This document shows, one piece after another, positions 26,428-35,277 of a stretch of DNA of 52,144 nucleotides; positions within the stretch are counted from its first letter, which is position 1, and every line of letters begins with the position of its first letter. Under the pieces are notes generated by a model, which saw nothing but the letters and a program-made list of their open reading frames with translations, had not been told where the DNA came from and did no database searches. The stretch lies in IMG/VR virus record IMGVR_UViG_3300027721_000021, positions 1-52,144 of that record, one strand, 5' to 3'. The stretch is from a virus. Its lineage: Duplodnaviria > Caudoviricetes. The position numbers were made by a program, and so were the translations under genes.

Positions 26428-27243
26428 ATGCAACTTGAAATTAGCGTAGACGAACTGAAAAAGGTCAAGCTATTCGTAGCGACACCGATGTACGGTGGAA
26501 TGTGCCACGGCATGTATGCCAAATCAGCATTAGACCTACAAGCCTGTTGTGCCGCCTATGGCATCGAAGTGAAGTTCTCATTCATCTTCAACGAATCTCT
26601 AATCACACGCGCACGAAACTATCTGGTAGACGAATTCCTTCGCTCCGGTTTCACGCATCTTCTATTCATCGACGCGGACATTCACTACGATCCTCGCGAT
26701 GTTGTTGCTCTTATCGCTCTTAAGAAAGACGTTATCGGTGGACCCTACCCGAAGAAGAGCATCAAGTGGGCTTCGGTTGTCGAAGCCGTCAAGAAGAATC
26801 CAAACATTGCGGCTGCGGAACTTGAAAAGGTCGCGGGTGACTTTGTGTTCAATCCAGTTCCCGGCACCGAGAAGTTCTCTATCGGTGATCCAATCTCCGT
26901 TCTGGAAATCGGCACCGGCTACATGCTAGTCAAGCGCGAAGTCTTCGACAAGCTCAAGGATGCATTCCCCGGCATCGAATATCGTCCGGACCATGTGGGT
27001 CAGGTCAACTTCGACGGCTCGCGTATGATTCACGCTTACTTCGACACCGTGATCGACACGCCAGAATCTTACACTGGCGGCGGCACGATGCGCTACCTGT
27101 CGGAAGACTACATGTTCTGCCAGTTGTGGCGGAAGATTCAGGGTGAAATCTGGCTATGCCCATGGATGAAGACTCACCACATTGGCACCTACGCATTCGT
27201 AGGCGACATGGCAGCAGTGGCAAACTACGTGGGAACTCTGTAA
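26428..27243 (+). CDS. GT-A fold glycosyltransferase-like protein
   Basis: FVATPMYGG, ESLITRARN, THLLFIDADI (DxD), GTGYMLVKR.VF, YLSEDYMFC. Confidence 0.8.
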   Translation: MQLEISVDELKKVKLFVATPMYGGMCHGMYAKSALDLQACCAAYGIEVKFSFIFNESLITRARNYLVDEFLRSGFTHLLFIDADIHYDPRDVVALIALKKDVIGGPYPKKSIKWASVVEAVKKNPNIAAAELEKVAGDFVFNPVPGTEKFSIGDPISVLEIGTGYMLVKREVFDKLKDAFPGIEYRPDHVGQVNFDGSRMIHAYFDTVIDTPESYTGGGTMRYLSEDYMFCQLWRKIQGEIWLCPWMKTHHIGTYAFVGDMAAVANYVGTL

Positions 27244-27244
27244 T

Positions 27245-27865
27245 ATGATCATTGGTTTCGTTGGGTTTATCAATAGTGGTAAGGGAACTGTCTCTGACAT
27301 TCTCACCCACAAGTACGGGTTCAACAAGGAAAGTTTTGCGAACGCAGTGAAGGACGCGGTTTCTCCTATCTTCGGTTGGGATAGGAAAATGTTGGAAGGT
27401 GATACGAAGGAGTCTCGGGAATGGCGTGAGACTCCTGATCCATGGTGGTCTGAGAAGTTGGGCAAGCCTTTCTCTCCTAGGCTTGCTCTTCAACTTATGG
27501 GAACAGAGAGTGGGCGCAATGTGTTCCACACAGACGTATGGGTTCTGTCTTTTCTAAGACGCACTGATCCGGCTAAGAACTACGTCCTCGCTGACGTTCG
27601 CTTCCCCAACGAAATCGACCTGATCCGTAACAACGGTGGCAAGGTCATCCGTGTCAAGCGCGGTCCCGAACCCGAATGGTACGACACTGCGGAAGCCTAC
27701 AACGTGTCTACGAATTGGGACGGCTCCATGCAGTACATGAAGCGGTTCCCTAATGTCCATTACTCCGAGTGGGCGTGGATCGGAAAGTCTTTCGATGATG
27801 AAATCACTAATTCGACTACGCTAGAAGACCTTGAGAAAAAGGTTGTGAAACTGATTCAGCCGTGA
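27245..27865 (+). CDS. Deoxynucleoside monophosphate kinase (gp1-like)
   Basis: GFINSGKGT, SFANAVKD, PRLALQLMGTE, DVRFPNE, H.SE. Confidence 0.9.
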   Translation: MIIGFVGFINSGKGTVSDILTHKYGFNKESFANAVKDAVSPIFGWDRKMLEGDTKESREWRETPDPWWSEKLGKPFSPRLALQLMGTESGRNVFHTDVWVLSFLRRTDPAKNYVLADVRFPNEIDLIRNNGGKVIRVKRGPEPEWYDTAEAYNVSTNWDGSMQYMKRFPNVHYSEWAWIGKSFDDEITNSTTLEDLEKKVVKLIQP

Positions 27866-27871
27866 TATAAT
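27843..27871 (+). promoter_or_regulatory. sigma70 promoter for gp45
   Basis: TTGTGA-17-TATAAT with extended TG. Confidence 0.6.
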
Positions 27872-27892
27872 ACGGTATACTTTGGAGTGATT

Positions 27893-28561
27893 ATGAAGCT
27901 AAGTGAACTGACAATTGAAATCCTCAAGAATTTCGCGACACTAAACCAGTCGCTCATGTTTCGGAAGGGGAGCGAACTCGCGACCATTACAACAGGAAAG
28001 ACTATCCTCGCAAACGCTAGAGTGGTAGAGTCCTTCCCTTCCGATTTCGCCCTATACGATCTGAACAAGCTCTTGGCTAAGTTGTCTCTGTACAGGGATG
28101 CCGAGATTGAACTGGAAACGGATCGTCTTACCCTCAAGTCTCCGGACTCCCGCCGCAAGGACTACATCAAGTTTTCCTCGCCCAAGATCATCACTGCGAT
28201 TCCACCTGACAAGAAGTTGTCGATGGATTCCCCGGAGCATGAGTTTGAACTGAGCGCAGAAGACCTACAGTGGCAGCGCAAGTCTGCCGGTATCTCTGGC
28301 TCGCCATTCCTGATCTTCCGTGGCGATGGCAAGAAGATTCACATTCAGTCGAACGATCCGAAGGATGATTCTTCCGACATGTCTTCTACCGAGATTGGTA
28401 AGACCAACAAGAGTTTCGTCTACGTAATCAAGGTCGAGAACTGGAAGATGCTCGACGGCAACTATCGCGTCAAGCTTTGCAAGGGTCTTACGAAGTTCGA
28501 ACACACCGAGAAGCCCGTAGAGTATTACGTGGCAGCAGAAAAAGACCTCTCCACCTTCTAA
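27893..28561 (+). CDS. gp45: Sliding clamp
   Basis: MKLSE.TI.ILKNFATLNQS, FA.YDLN, YYVAAE..STF. Confidence 0.95.
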   Translation: MKLSELTIEILKNFATLNQSLMFRKGSELATITTGKTILANARVVESFPSDFALYDLNKLLAKLSLYRDAEIELETDRLTLKSPDSRRKDYIKFSSPKIITAIPPDKKLSMDSPEHEFELSAEDLQWQRKSAGISGSPFLIFRGDGKKIHIQSNDPKDDSSDMSSTEIGKTNKSFVYVIKVENWKMLDGNYRVKLCKGLTKFEHTEKPVEYYVAAEKDLSTF

Positions 28562-28570
28562 GGAATGACC

Positions 28571-28819
28571 ATGGCTAATTTCACACAACAGCAAAAGATT
28601 GCTATCAAGTCCTGCTTGCAGGAGATTTCCAACTCGCTCACCCGCATGGAAGCGGAGCGCGACAACATCAAGGAAATCGTCAACCGGTGTGCGACCGAGT
28701 TCGAAATGAACAAGCGTATCACTCGCAAGCTAGCTCGCATCTTCCACAAGCGCAACATTGAAGAAGAGCGTGCGGAACAGGAAGAAATCAACACCACCTA
28801 TGATCTGGTGACAAAATGA
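28571..28819 (+). CDS. dsbA: T4 DsbA-like dsDNA-binding protein
   Basis: LQEISNSLTRMEAERDNIKEI...RKLARIFHK pattern of the T4 DsbA family. Confidence 0.75.
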   Translation: MANFTQQQKIAIKSCLQEISNSLTRMEAERDNIKEIVNRCATEFEMNKRITRKLARIFHKRNIEEERAEQEEINTTYDLVTK

Positions 28820-29154
28820 ACGGATACAGACAGCAGGCGTATGCGGCTCCCGGTCACGACTACGATGAACGCAACTATGCGTCGGAATGTGTGGCAGTAG
28901 AGGAACCTCTCACGACACAGATTACCAATCGACTTGATCAAGCGTTGAAGAACAGTGAGCAGTTGATCGCTACCGTCGCAATGAGAGCAGACAGCCTCTT
29001 TGGTCCCGAACCAAAGAACACGCTTGGCAACGAAAAGGCTCCACCCGCCACACTAGATCGTGGTGTGATGGATCGTATCTCTCGCCAGTCAAGAGAAATG
29101 CTTCGCACTCTAGAGTCTCTAGAGTATCAGATTCGCCGCTTCAATCAGCTTTGA
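28816..29154 (+). CDS. Hypothetical protein
   Basis: 112-aa ORF with ATGA overlap. Confidence 0.65.
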   Translation: MNGYRQQAYAAPGHDYDERNYASECVAVEEPLTTQITNRLDQALKNSEQLIATVAMRADSLFGPEPKNTLGNEKAPPATLDRGVMDRISRQSREMLRTLESLEYQIRRFNQL

Positions 29155-29196
29155 TAACGGCACCCTAGGTTAAGTAGGGTTAAGGGTGTTCCTCTC

Positions 29197-29388
29197 ATGG
29201 AGAACCGGCATGACGACACCCCCGTTATCAATGACTATACGTACTACGTCTTCGAACAGATAGAAGCGCGTGGTTTAATGTTCGCAATCCCTCCCGCGTG
29301 GCGACCGCTCTACCGTGAATACCTCAAGATCAAAAAGCGCAAAGCGAAAGAAGGCTCCTACCGGGACGACTTCGGGAAATCACCTTGA
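29197..29388 (+). CDS. Hypothetical protein
   Basis: 63-aa ORF in operon context. Confidence 0.5.
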   Translation: MENRHDDTPVINDYTYYVFEQIEARGLMFAIPPAWRPLYREYLKIKKRKAKEGSYRDDFGKSP

Positions 29389-29569
29389 CTATGAGCAGTC
29401 AAGAGAGTATTATGGTGTAGTCCGCAAGGGTAGAATTGAAGAGTACGAGCCGGGAAATCCTGTCATCTATAAGTTGAATGAAATTGAATCCTTGCGCCGC
29501 GACTATCCGCGTGCCAAGATTGTGAAGATGCGAATGACCATTAGGGTCATTTCTGAGGTTATACTATGA
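29315..29569 (+). CDS. Hypothetical protein (start uncertain)
   Basis: Fills the gap and has an ATGA overlap with gp44, but overlaps the previous ORF and a promoter. Confidence 0.4.
   Translation: MNTSRSKSAKRKKAPTGTTSGNHLDYEQSREYYGVVRKGRIEEYEPGNPVIYKLNEIESLRRDYPRAKIVKMRMTIRVISEVIL
29385..29413 (+). promoter_or_regulatory. sigma70 promoter upstream of gp44
   Basis: TTGACT-17-TATTAT. Confidence 0.6.
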
Positions 29570-30501
29570 GCAGTTTGTGGGTTGAGAAGTATCGTCCTAA
29601 GACTATTGAGGATTGCGTCCTGCCGGATCGCCTCAAGGTTGTGTTTCAGGAGTTCGTGAACAAGGGTGAAATCCCGCATCTGATTCTCGCAGGCACCGCA
29701 GGCACCGGTAAGACGACGGTGGCTCGCGCCCTATGTGAGCAGTTGGGTATGGACTACCTGTTCCTCAACGGCTCCGATGAAAACGGCATTGACACCTTCC
29801 GCATGAAGATCAAAGGCTACGCATCGTCCATGTCTCTGACAGGCGATAAGAAAGCCATCATCATTGACGAGGCGGATTACCTGAATCCTAATTCGGTGCA
29901 GCCTGCGCTCCGTGGTGCCATGGAAGAGTTCGAAGACAACTGCCGTTTCATCTTCACCTGTAACTACAAGAACCGCATCATCGAACCGCTTCACTCGCGC
30001 TCGACTGTAATCGACTACAGACTCAAGGCAGAAGAGAAGCCGAAGATGGCTCGCGACTTCATGCGCCGCATCGAAGACATGCTCAAGACTGAGGCTGTGT
30101 CGTACAACGGCAAGGCTGTCGGGCAGTTCATCATGAAGCACTTCCCCGACTTCCGCAAGACGATCAACGAGCTACAGACCTATGCGGTCGCGCATGGTGA
30201 AGTCAACGAAGGTATCTTGTCTGCGTCGGCTGACGTATCACTCACGGATCTAGTGCGCTCTCTTAAGGATCGCAACTTCCGTGACATGCGCCAGTGGGTT
30301 GCGCAGCATGGTAATGATGACCCGTCGCGCCTGTACCGCAAGATCTACGATTCACTGTATGAGATTCTCAAGAAGGAAGCGATTCCTCCTGCGGTCATCA
30401 TCCTTGCGAAGTACCAGTATCAGGCAGCGTTCGTTGCGGATCAGGAACTCAATCTCACCGCATGTCTCACGGAACTCATGGCAGAGTGTGAGTTTGCCTG
30501 A
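29566..30501 (+). CDS. gp44: Clamp loader large subunit
   Basis: LWVEKYRP, GTAGTGKTT, IIDEAD, LHSRS, FPDFRK. Confidence 0.97.
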   Translation: MSSLWVEKYRPKTIEDCVLPDRLKVVFQEFVNKGEIPHLILAGTAGTGKTTVARALCEQLGMDYLFLNGSDENGIDTFRMKIKGYASSMSLTGDKKAIIIDEADYLNPNSVQPALRGAMEEFEDNCRFIFTCNYKNRIIEPLHSRSTVIDYRLKAEEKPKMARDFMRRIEDMLKTEAVSYNGKAVGQFIMKHFPDFRKTINELQTYAVAHGEVNEGILSASADVSLTDLVRSLKDRNFRDMRQWVAQHGNDDPSRLYRKIYDSLYEILKKEAIPPAVIILAKYQYQAAFVADQELNLTACLTELMAECEFA

Positions 30502-30881
30502 TGGCTGACCTGTTCAAAGAAATTCTGCCGTCGATCCTGTCCACCAAAAAGAGCGTCATGCTCACGGAACAGGACGAGAAATCGTACCCTGCGTTCGTAG
30601 TGAACCGCGCCCTGTCGCAGTTCGCAGACACGGTATTCTTTGCCAATGCCATCAACTACTACCCTAATCTGGATAACAAACTCAAATACGACTTTCTACT
30701 AAATACTGTCAAGCCTTACCGTCGCCCCTTCTCTAAGTGGGCTAAGAAGGTGGAGACAGTTGATTTGGCGGTTGTAAAAGAATACTATGGATACTCAGAT
30801 GCAAAGGCTCTGGAAGCCCTTCGAATTCTGACTCCCGACCAGATTGACTCACTGAAAAAAGAATTAGACAAAGGTGAGTAA
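30501..30881 (+). CDS. gp62: Clamp loader small subunit
   Basis: YPAFVVNRALS...D, RRPFSKWAK, VKEYYGYS..KA.EAL.IL. Confidence 0.93.
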   Translation: MADLFKEILPSILSTKKSVMLTEQDEKSYPAFVVNRALSQFADTVFFANAINYYPNLDNKLKYDFLLNTVKPYRRPFSKWAKKVETVDLAVVKEYYGYSDAKALEALRILTPDQIDSLKKELDKGE

Positions 30882-30883
30882 TC

Positions 30884-31321
30884 ATGAGCCTAGAAAAGCT
30901 AGTTGAAGTCCTTCTCGCAGAAAAGAACGACTTTCTCAAAGTCCGCGAAACCCTGACCCGTATTGGGGTGGCGGCAAAGAACCAAAACGTCCTGTACCAG
31001 TCCTGCCACATCCTTCACAAGCAGGGGCGGTACTACATCGTCCACTTCAAGGAACTCTTCGAACTGGACGGCAAGCCTGCGTCTATTTCCGAGAACGACA
31101 TTGCCCGTCGCAACACGATTGCGAACCTGATGGCAGAGTGGGGATTGGTCAAGCTAGTCGATGCGCCGAAGTCGGCTGAACCTGTTGCGCCTCTTAGCCA
31201 GATCAAGATCCTTCCTCACAAGGATAAGAACGACTGGCAGCTAGTGGCGAAGTACAATATCGGCAAGAAGCGTGCCGATGATTCCCGTCCGCAATATCTG
31301 GACAACCCAACTCACGAATGA
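30884..31321 (+). CDS. regA: Translational repressor
   Basis: DFLKVRETLTRIGVA, LYQSCHILHKQGRYYIVHFKELF.LDGK, KYNIG. Confidence 0.97.
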   Translation: MSLEKLVEVLLAEKNDFLKVRETLTRIGVAAKNQNVLYQSCHILHKQGRYYIVHFKELFELDGKPASISENDIARRNTIANLMAEWGLVKLVDAPKSAEPVAPLSQIKILPHKDKNDWQLVAKYNIGKKRADDSRPQYLDNPTHE

Positions 31322-31336
31322 ACGAGAGGCTATACT

Positions 31337-31873
31337 ATGAACAATGCGATTATCCAACTTCACCTCTTTAAGCTCCACCCCGACGCTCAGATTCCTAGAT
31401 ATGGAACGTCGATGGCTGCGTGCTTTGATCTTCACTTCGCGCCTTGCGGACGCTTCTCCATTCAGGGATATAACAACCAGAACGATCCAATCGACGCGAT
31501 GGTGTATGCGGGTGTCTGTGACATTCATCCCGGCGACCGTCTGCTAGTGCCGACCGGACTGGTAGCAAAGATTGTTGGCACGCCCGACAACATTGCGAAC
31601 TACTCCATTCGCATTCATGCGCGGTCTGGAATGTCGCTCAAGCAGGGATTAGTCTTAGCCAATGCCGAAGGCGTGGTGGACGTAGACTACCAGAAAGAGA
31701 TATTCGTAATGCTAACTAACATTAGCAATAAGACCGCACAGATTAGAACTGGCGACCGAATCGCACAGGCTGAAATTGTCAAGAATGTAATCGCGTCATT
31801 CTTCACGGTGGCTGATTATCCCGTAGCCTATTCGGAGCGCGACGGCGGGTTTGGTTCGACTGGACATTCCTGA
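31337..31873 (+). CDS. dut: dUTPase (trimeric)
   Basis: AACFDL, ARSG, EGVVDVDY, GDRIAQ, ERDGGFGSTG. Confidence 0.93.
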   Translation: MNNAIIQLHLFKLHPDAQIPRYGTSMAACFDLHFAPCGRFSIQGYNNQNDPIDAMVYAGVCDIHPGDRLLVPTGLVAKIVGTPDNIANYSIRIHARSGMSLKQGLVLANAEGVVDVDYQKEIFVMLTNISNKTAQIRTGDRIAQAEIVKNVIASFFTVADYPVAYSERDGGFGSTGHS

Positions 31874-31920
31874 TTTAGTGTGTTATCATATACTCTGTGA
31901 ATTTGTTGGGTAACTCTAAT

Positions 31921-32370
31921 ATGGATTGGGACGAGTATTTCATGAAGCAGGCGGAACTCGTAGCCTCTAAGTCTAAGGACACTTCGACTAAGGTTGGCGC
32001 GGTCCTGACCCGACACAACAATGGATTCTCTACCGGCTATAACGGTTTCCCTCGCGGCGTGAACGATAACATTCCGGAGCGTCATGAGCGTCCTGCGAAG
32101 TACGATTGGACGGTTCACTCCGAGTTGAACTGCCTGCTCAATGCCGGTCGCGAAGGATTCTCCACCTACGGCACGACGATGTACGTCACACTCCATCCCT
32201 GTAAGGAATGCGCGAAAGCCATTGTACAGGCGGGAGTGAAGCGAGTGGTGTATCTGTCCGACGACAATCCGCGCTTTGACTTTGCGCTCGCGAAGATCAT
32301 CCTCAATGAAGGTAAGGTCATCTGCGAGAAGTATGGCGAACCCTACGAACCAATGTGGCATCCAGTATGA
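31921..32370 (+). CDS. cd: dCMP deaminase
   Basis: WDEYFM, SKD.STKVGA, GYNGFPRG, HSELN, PCKECAKAI.QAG. Confidence 0.93.
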   Translation: MDWDEYFMKQAELVASKSKDTSTKVGAVLTRHNNGFSTGYNGFPRGVNDNIPERHERPAKYDWTVHSELNCLLNAGREGFSTYGTTMYVTLHPCKECAKAIVQAGVKRVVYLSDDNPRFDFALAKIILNEGKVICEKYGEPYEPMWHPV

Positions 32371-32546
32371 GCATCGAAGACGGCAAGGTAACTCCCGCGA
32401 CTCTCAATCTGCTAATCTCCACCTACGAGGGACAGCAGAAGAACAGCATTCACAACACGGACCTGTATGCCGCCCTTGTGGAGTTGAAGATTCTTCGCAA
32501 TGAATACGCGGAACTGCGATTCCGCATGGACGGACTAGAGAAATGA
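32367..32546 (+). CDS. Small hypothetical protein
   Basis: ATGA overlaps at both ends. Confidence 0.6.
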   Translation: MSIEDGKVTPATLNLLISTYEGQQKNSIHNTDLYAALVELKILRNEYAELRFRMDGLEK

Positions 32547-33073
32547 TTACAACGATCTACCTCGACATGGACGATGTTCTGACGGACTTCTCCAACACCT
32601 ATCACAATGTCATTAAAATAGACCCGCGCACCATTCAGCCCGACCAATGGGAAGAGAATTGGGAGAAGTGGGTCAAGGGTAGAAACTTTGTCACTCAGCC
32701 GATGCTTCCCGGTGCGAACCTGCTATTGGGTTATATCGGCGCATTAGGTGTGAAGACCGAGATTCTGTCTTCGACCGGTGGACCGGACTTCTATGATGAA
32801 ATCGTCGCACAGAAGCGCGAGTGGCTTGAGCGATGGGGCATCAACTATCATGCGAACTTCTGCCCCGGCAAGAAGTTCAAGAGCGAATTTGCGACACCGC
32901 ACCGACTCCTGATTGACGACCAGAAAGGCATCATTCAGAAGTTTTGCGATGCCGGTGGCTACGGTGTGTGCCATGACGGTAACACGGTAGATGCCATGAA
33001 CAACACCATTGAACGAATTCATGTATTGGTCAACCTATTAGGATACCAGAAGTATGTCGCACCCAAAGTATAG
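32543..33073 (+). CDS. 5'(3')-deoxyribonucleotidase, HAD family
   Basis: IYLDMDDVLTDF, ILSS, K..WL, LLIDD. Confidence 0.85.
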   Translation: MITTIYLDMDDVLTDFSNTYHNVIKIDPRTIQPDQWEENWEKWVKGRNFVTQPMLPGANLLLGYIGALGVKTEILSSTGGPDFYDEIVAQKREWLERWGINYHANFCPGKKFKSEFATPHRLLIDDQKGIIQKFCDAGGYGVCHDGNTVDAMNNTIERIHVLVNLLGYQKYVAPKV

Positions 33074-33431
33074 ACTGCGCGGATACCTGTACCAGATTGT
33101 TGAGGTCTTCCCTTGCGAGGAAGCGGACCTAGGCGTTCGCGAGCTAACCACTCATGACCGTCTGGAAGACGCAGAGACAGTCATGGCAGCATTGGAGTCG
33201 GTGAACTACAACTTCACTTGCTATGCCATCATTCTGCGTCCGGTGTGGGAAGACACCTTCGCACCGAAGACTAAGCTGATGGAAGAAATGTTCAAGGATG
33301 GTTGGGATGCCAACGGCAGTCCTGTCTTTACTCCCTGTGACCACAACGGCTCGACAGCAAGCCTCTCTACGGATGGCAAGTACACTTTCCACTGCCACAA
33401 GTGCGGCGTGAAATACGGGAACACCCCATGA
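33054..33431 (+). CDS. Hypothetical protein with C-terminal Cys/His zinc-ribbon-like motif
   Basis: CDH...CHKCG. Confidence 0.6.
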   Translation: MSHPKYRLRGYLYQIVEVFPCEEADLGVRELTTHDRLEDAETVMAALESVNYNFTCYAIILRPVWEDTFAPKTKLMEEMFKDGWDANGSPVFTPCDHNGSTASLSTDGKYTFHCHKCGVKYGNTP

Positions 33432-33592
33432 AGATCAGAATCGAAGATCATGCGGATGCGTTTGCCATTGCCATCGAAGGTGATGACGGCGGCGAACAAT
33501 ACTATTACTTCAATCAGGAAGATAACCGCGAAGAGTTGGTTGACCTGTTCAAGTCGCTAGGCTTCGATGCCTATTACGAGGAAGTGTGCTAA
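33428..33592 (+). CDS. Small acidic hypothetical protein
   Basis: ATGA overlap; 54 aa. Confidence 0.55.
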   Translation: MKIRIEDHADAFAIAIEGDDGGEQYYYFNQEDNREELVDLFKSLGFDAYYEEVC

Positions 33593-33593
33593 G

Positions 33594-34322
33594 ATGCTAG
33601 TCTGGATTGGAAACTATCGCTATCACTGGAACACGCAGCGCATGGATCGGCTGTGGTACCGGACCCGTTACGATAAGTACGATTGGGAAATCGAACGCAA
33701 GGATCGTGACGCATGGGATCGCGCCTACGAGAAGTTCGCGGAACTCTGTCAGGACTATATCTGTCAGCCGGTCAACTGGATCAAGAACAAGATCCCGCGC
33801 ATTCACTACATCAAGATTCACTCTTACGATACGTGGAGCGCGGACTCGACGCTCGCACCTATCATCCTGCCGATGCTCAAGATGCTGAACGAGAAAAAGC
33901 ATGGCGCACCGTTTACTGAGGACGTTGACGTTCCGGAGCATCTGCGCTCGACTGCCGCGCCACCCAAGGAAAACGAATACGATACCGATGCGCTTCACTT
34001 CGAACGTTGGGATTGGATCATGGGTGAAATGATTTGGGCATTCGAACAAATCGTGAAAGACGATGAAGGTGAGGAACAGTTCCGTTCCGGATTCTCTGAT
34101 ATCATGTTTCAGGGCATGGACGCGGACGGCAAGGATGTAGGCGAGCCGCACCACCTAGGCGAGAAACCCACAATTGAGAATGATTCCGTTTTGACCTATC
34201 GGTTGGTAGACGGTCCACGGCATACGATGGTCACGGATTACGAAGGTCTGAAATCCCACCATGAACGCATTAAGAACGGTTTAAGGCTCTTCGGAACCTA
34301 TTACAGAGCATTATGGGACTGA
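33594..34322 (+). CDS. Conserved phage hypothetical protein
   Basis: IKIHSYDTWSADSTLAPIILPML, WDWIMGEMIWAF, NGLRLFGTYY..LWD pattern common in T4-like phages. Confidence 0.75.
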   Translation: MLVWIGNYRYHWNTQRMDRLWYRTRYDKYDWEIERKDRDAWDRAYEKFAELCQDYICQPVNWIKNKIPRIHYIKIHSYDTWSADSTLAPIILPMLKMLNEKKHGAPFTEDVDVPEHLRSTAAPPKENEYDTDALHFERWDWIMGEMIWAFEQIVKDDEGEEQFRSGFSDIMFQGMDADGKDVGEPHHLGEKPTIENDSVLTYRLVDGPRHTMVTDYEGLKSHHERIKNGLRLFGTYYRALWD

Positions 34323-34440
34323 CCCTAGGCTACCCTACCGGCTACCCTGTAATACGCTCAGAAACGATCCTAGGCGGTCCTAGGCACCCCTCCTAAGTCC
34401 TTGATTCTAAAGGACTTTTAGCCTGAAATTAGGCTTATCG

Positions 34441-34499
34441 TAAGTCCTTGATTTCATTAGAGTTTTCAATATTGCACTTTTCGACGGTTTTGCTATACT
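34441..34499 (+). promoter_or_regulatory. Early sigma70 promoter with upstream IHF-consensus box (second box at 34394)
   Basis: TAAGTCCTTGATT at 34441; TTGCAC(34472)-16-TATACT with extended TG. Confidence 0.7.
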
Positions 34500-34554
34500 G
34501 GTATTACAGGGTGAGGGAATGGTTCCCCACCCGGATCTGAAACCCGAAAGGTAC

Positions 34555-34884
34555 ATGAATATGACGACTCTCTCCCCGCTCGCGACGGCTCGCGAAACCC
34601 TGAAAACCGCGAAGGCGGCTGTTGTTCTTGCTCGCGCCGAAGTGACGCGCCTCCGCGAAGAGGCGAAGACCGAGAAGGCTGCGAAGGTTGCCGAGCGTGC
34701 GGCTCGCAAGGTCGCGAAGGTTGCCGAACTCAAGGCGAAGCGCACTGCGCGTATCGCGAAGTTGGAAGCCAAGCTCGCTGCGCTCAAGGCGAAGCAGTCT
34801 TCGCCCAAGGCTCGCAAGCGTGCGAATCGCAAGGCTTCGAAGGTTACGACCATCGTTGCCAACGGCAAGCCGGTCACTGCGTAA
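34555..34884 (+). CDS. Lys/Ala/Arg-rich histone-like early protein
   Basis: KAAKVAERAARKVAKVAELKAKR...; GAAAGG RBS; 5' leader hairpin at 34509-34532. Confidence 0.75.
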   Translation: MNMTTLSPLATARETLKTAKAAVVLARAEVTRLREEAKTEKAAKVAERAARKVAKVAELKAKRTARIAKLEAKLAALKAKQSSPKARKRANRKASKVTTIVANGKPVTA

Positions 34885-34941
34885 GTGATTGAAGGGCAAG
34901 GGGATTTTCCCCTTGCCTTTCTCCCCGACACACGGTATACT
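34882..34941 (+). promoter_or_regulatory. Early sigma70 promoter with degenerate IHF box; -35 lies inside a terminator-like hairpin
   Basis: TAAGTGATTGA at 34882; hairpin GGGCAAGGGGA-TTT-TCCCCTTGCCT; TTGCCT(34913)-17-TATACT. Confidence 0.7.
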
Positions 34942-34969
34942 GGTTATACAAGGTCAGGAAACGGAACAA

Positions 34970-35275
34970 ATGCCTAACACGTTCATCATCGTCTATGCCG
35001 AATCCATGGTTCGCCCGTATTTTACGAAGTCTTACAAGTTCCGTAAGACCGCGCAGAATGCGTGCGACAAGCTGAATGCCCGATACGCCAAGTCGCGTGG
35101 TCATTCGAAGGACCGTGATGTTGTGTTCGCCGTCTACTCGCACGAAGAGTATCGTGCTGCCACCGAAGGCAAGGGTGAGTGGAAGGTGTCTCCGTTCACC
35201 GGCAACAAGGTTTGGGTTGCTCTCGGCACGCCTGCGTGCTGCGACCCGACCACCGAAACTTACATGAGCATGTAA
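34970..35275 (+). CDS. Early hypothetical protein
   Basis: AGGA RBS; C-term GTPACCDPTTETYMSM motif. Confidence 0.7.
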   Translation: MPNTFIIVYAESMVRPYFTKSYKFRKTAQNACDKLNARYAKSRGHSKDRDVVFAVYSHEEYRAATEGKGEWKVSPFTGNKVWVALGTPACCDPTTETYMSM

Positions 35276-35277
35276 TC

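Noticed and set aside
29170-29183. TTAA-N6-TTAA as a CtrA box
   Set aside because: CtrA requires N7 spacing; single occurrence.
31851-31860. GGTTCGA tRNA T-loop-like sequence
   Set aside because: Lies in the dUTPase GGFGSTG codons; no cloverleaf.
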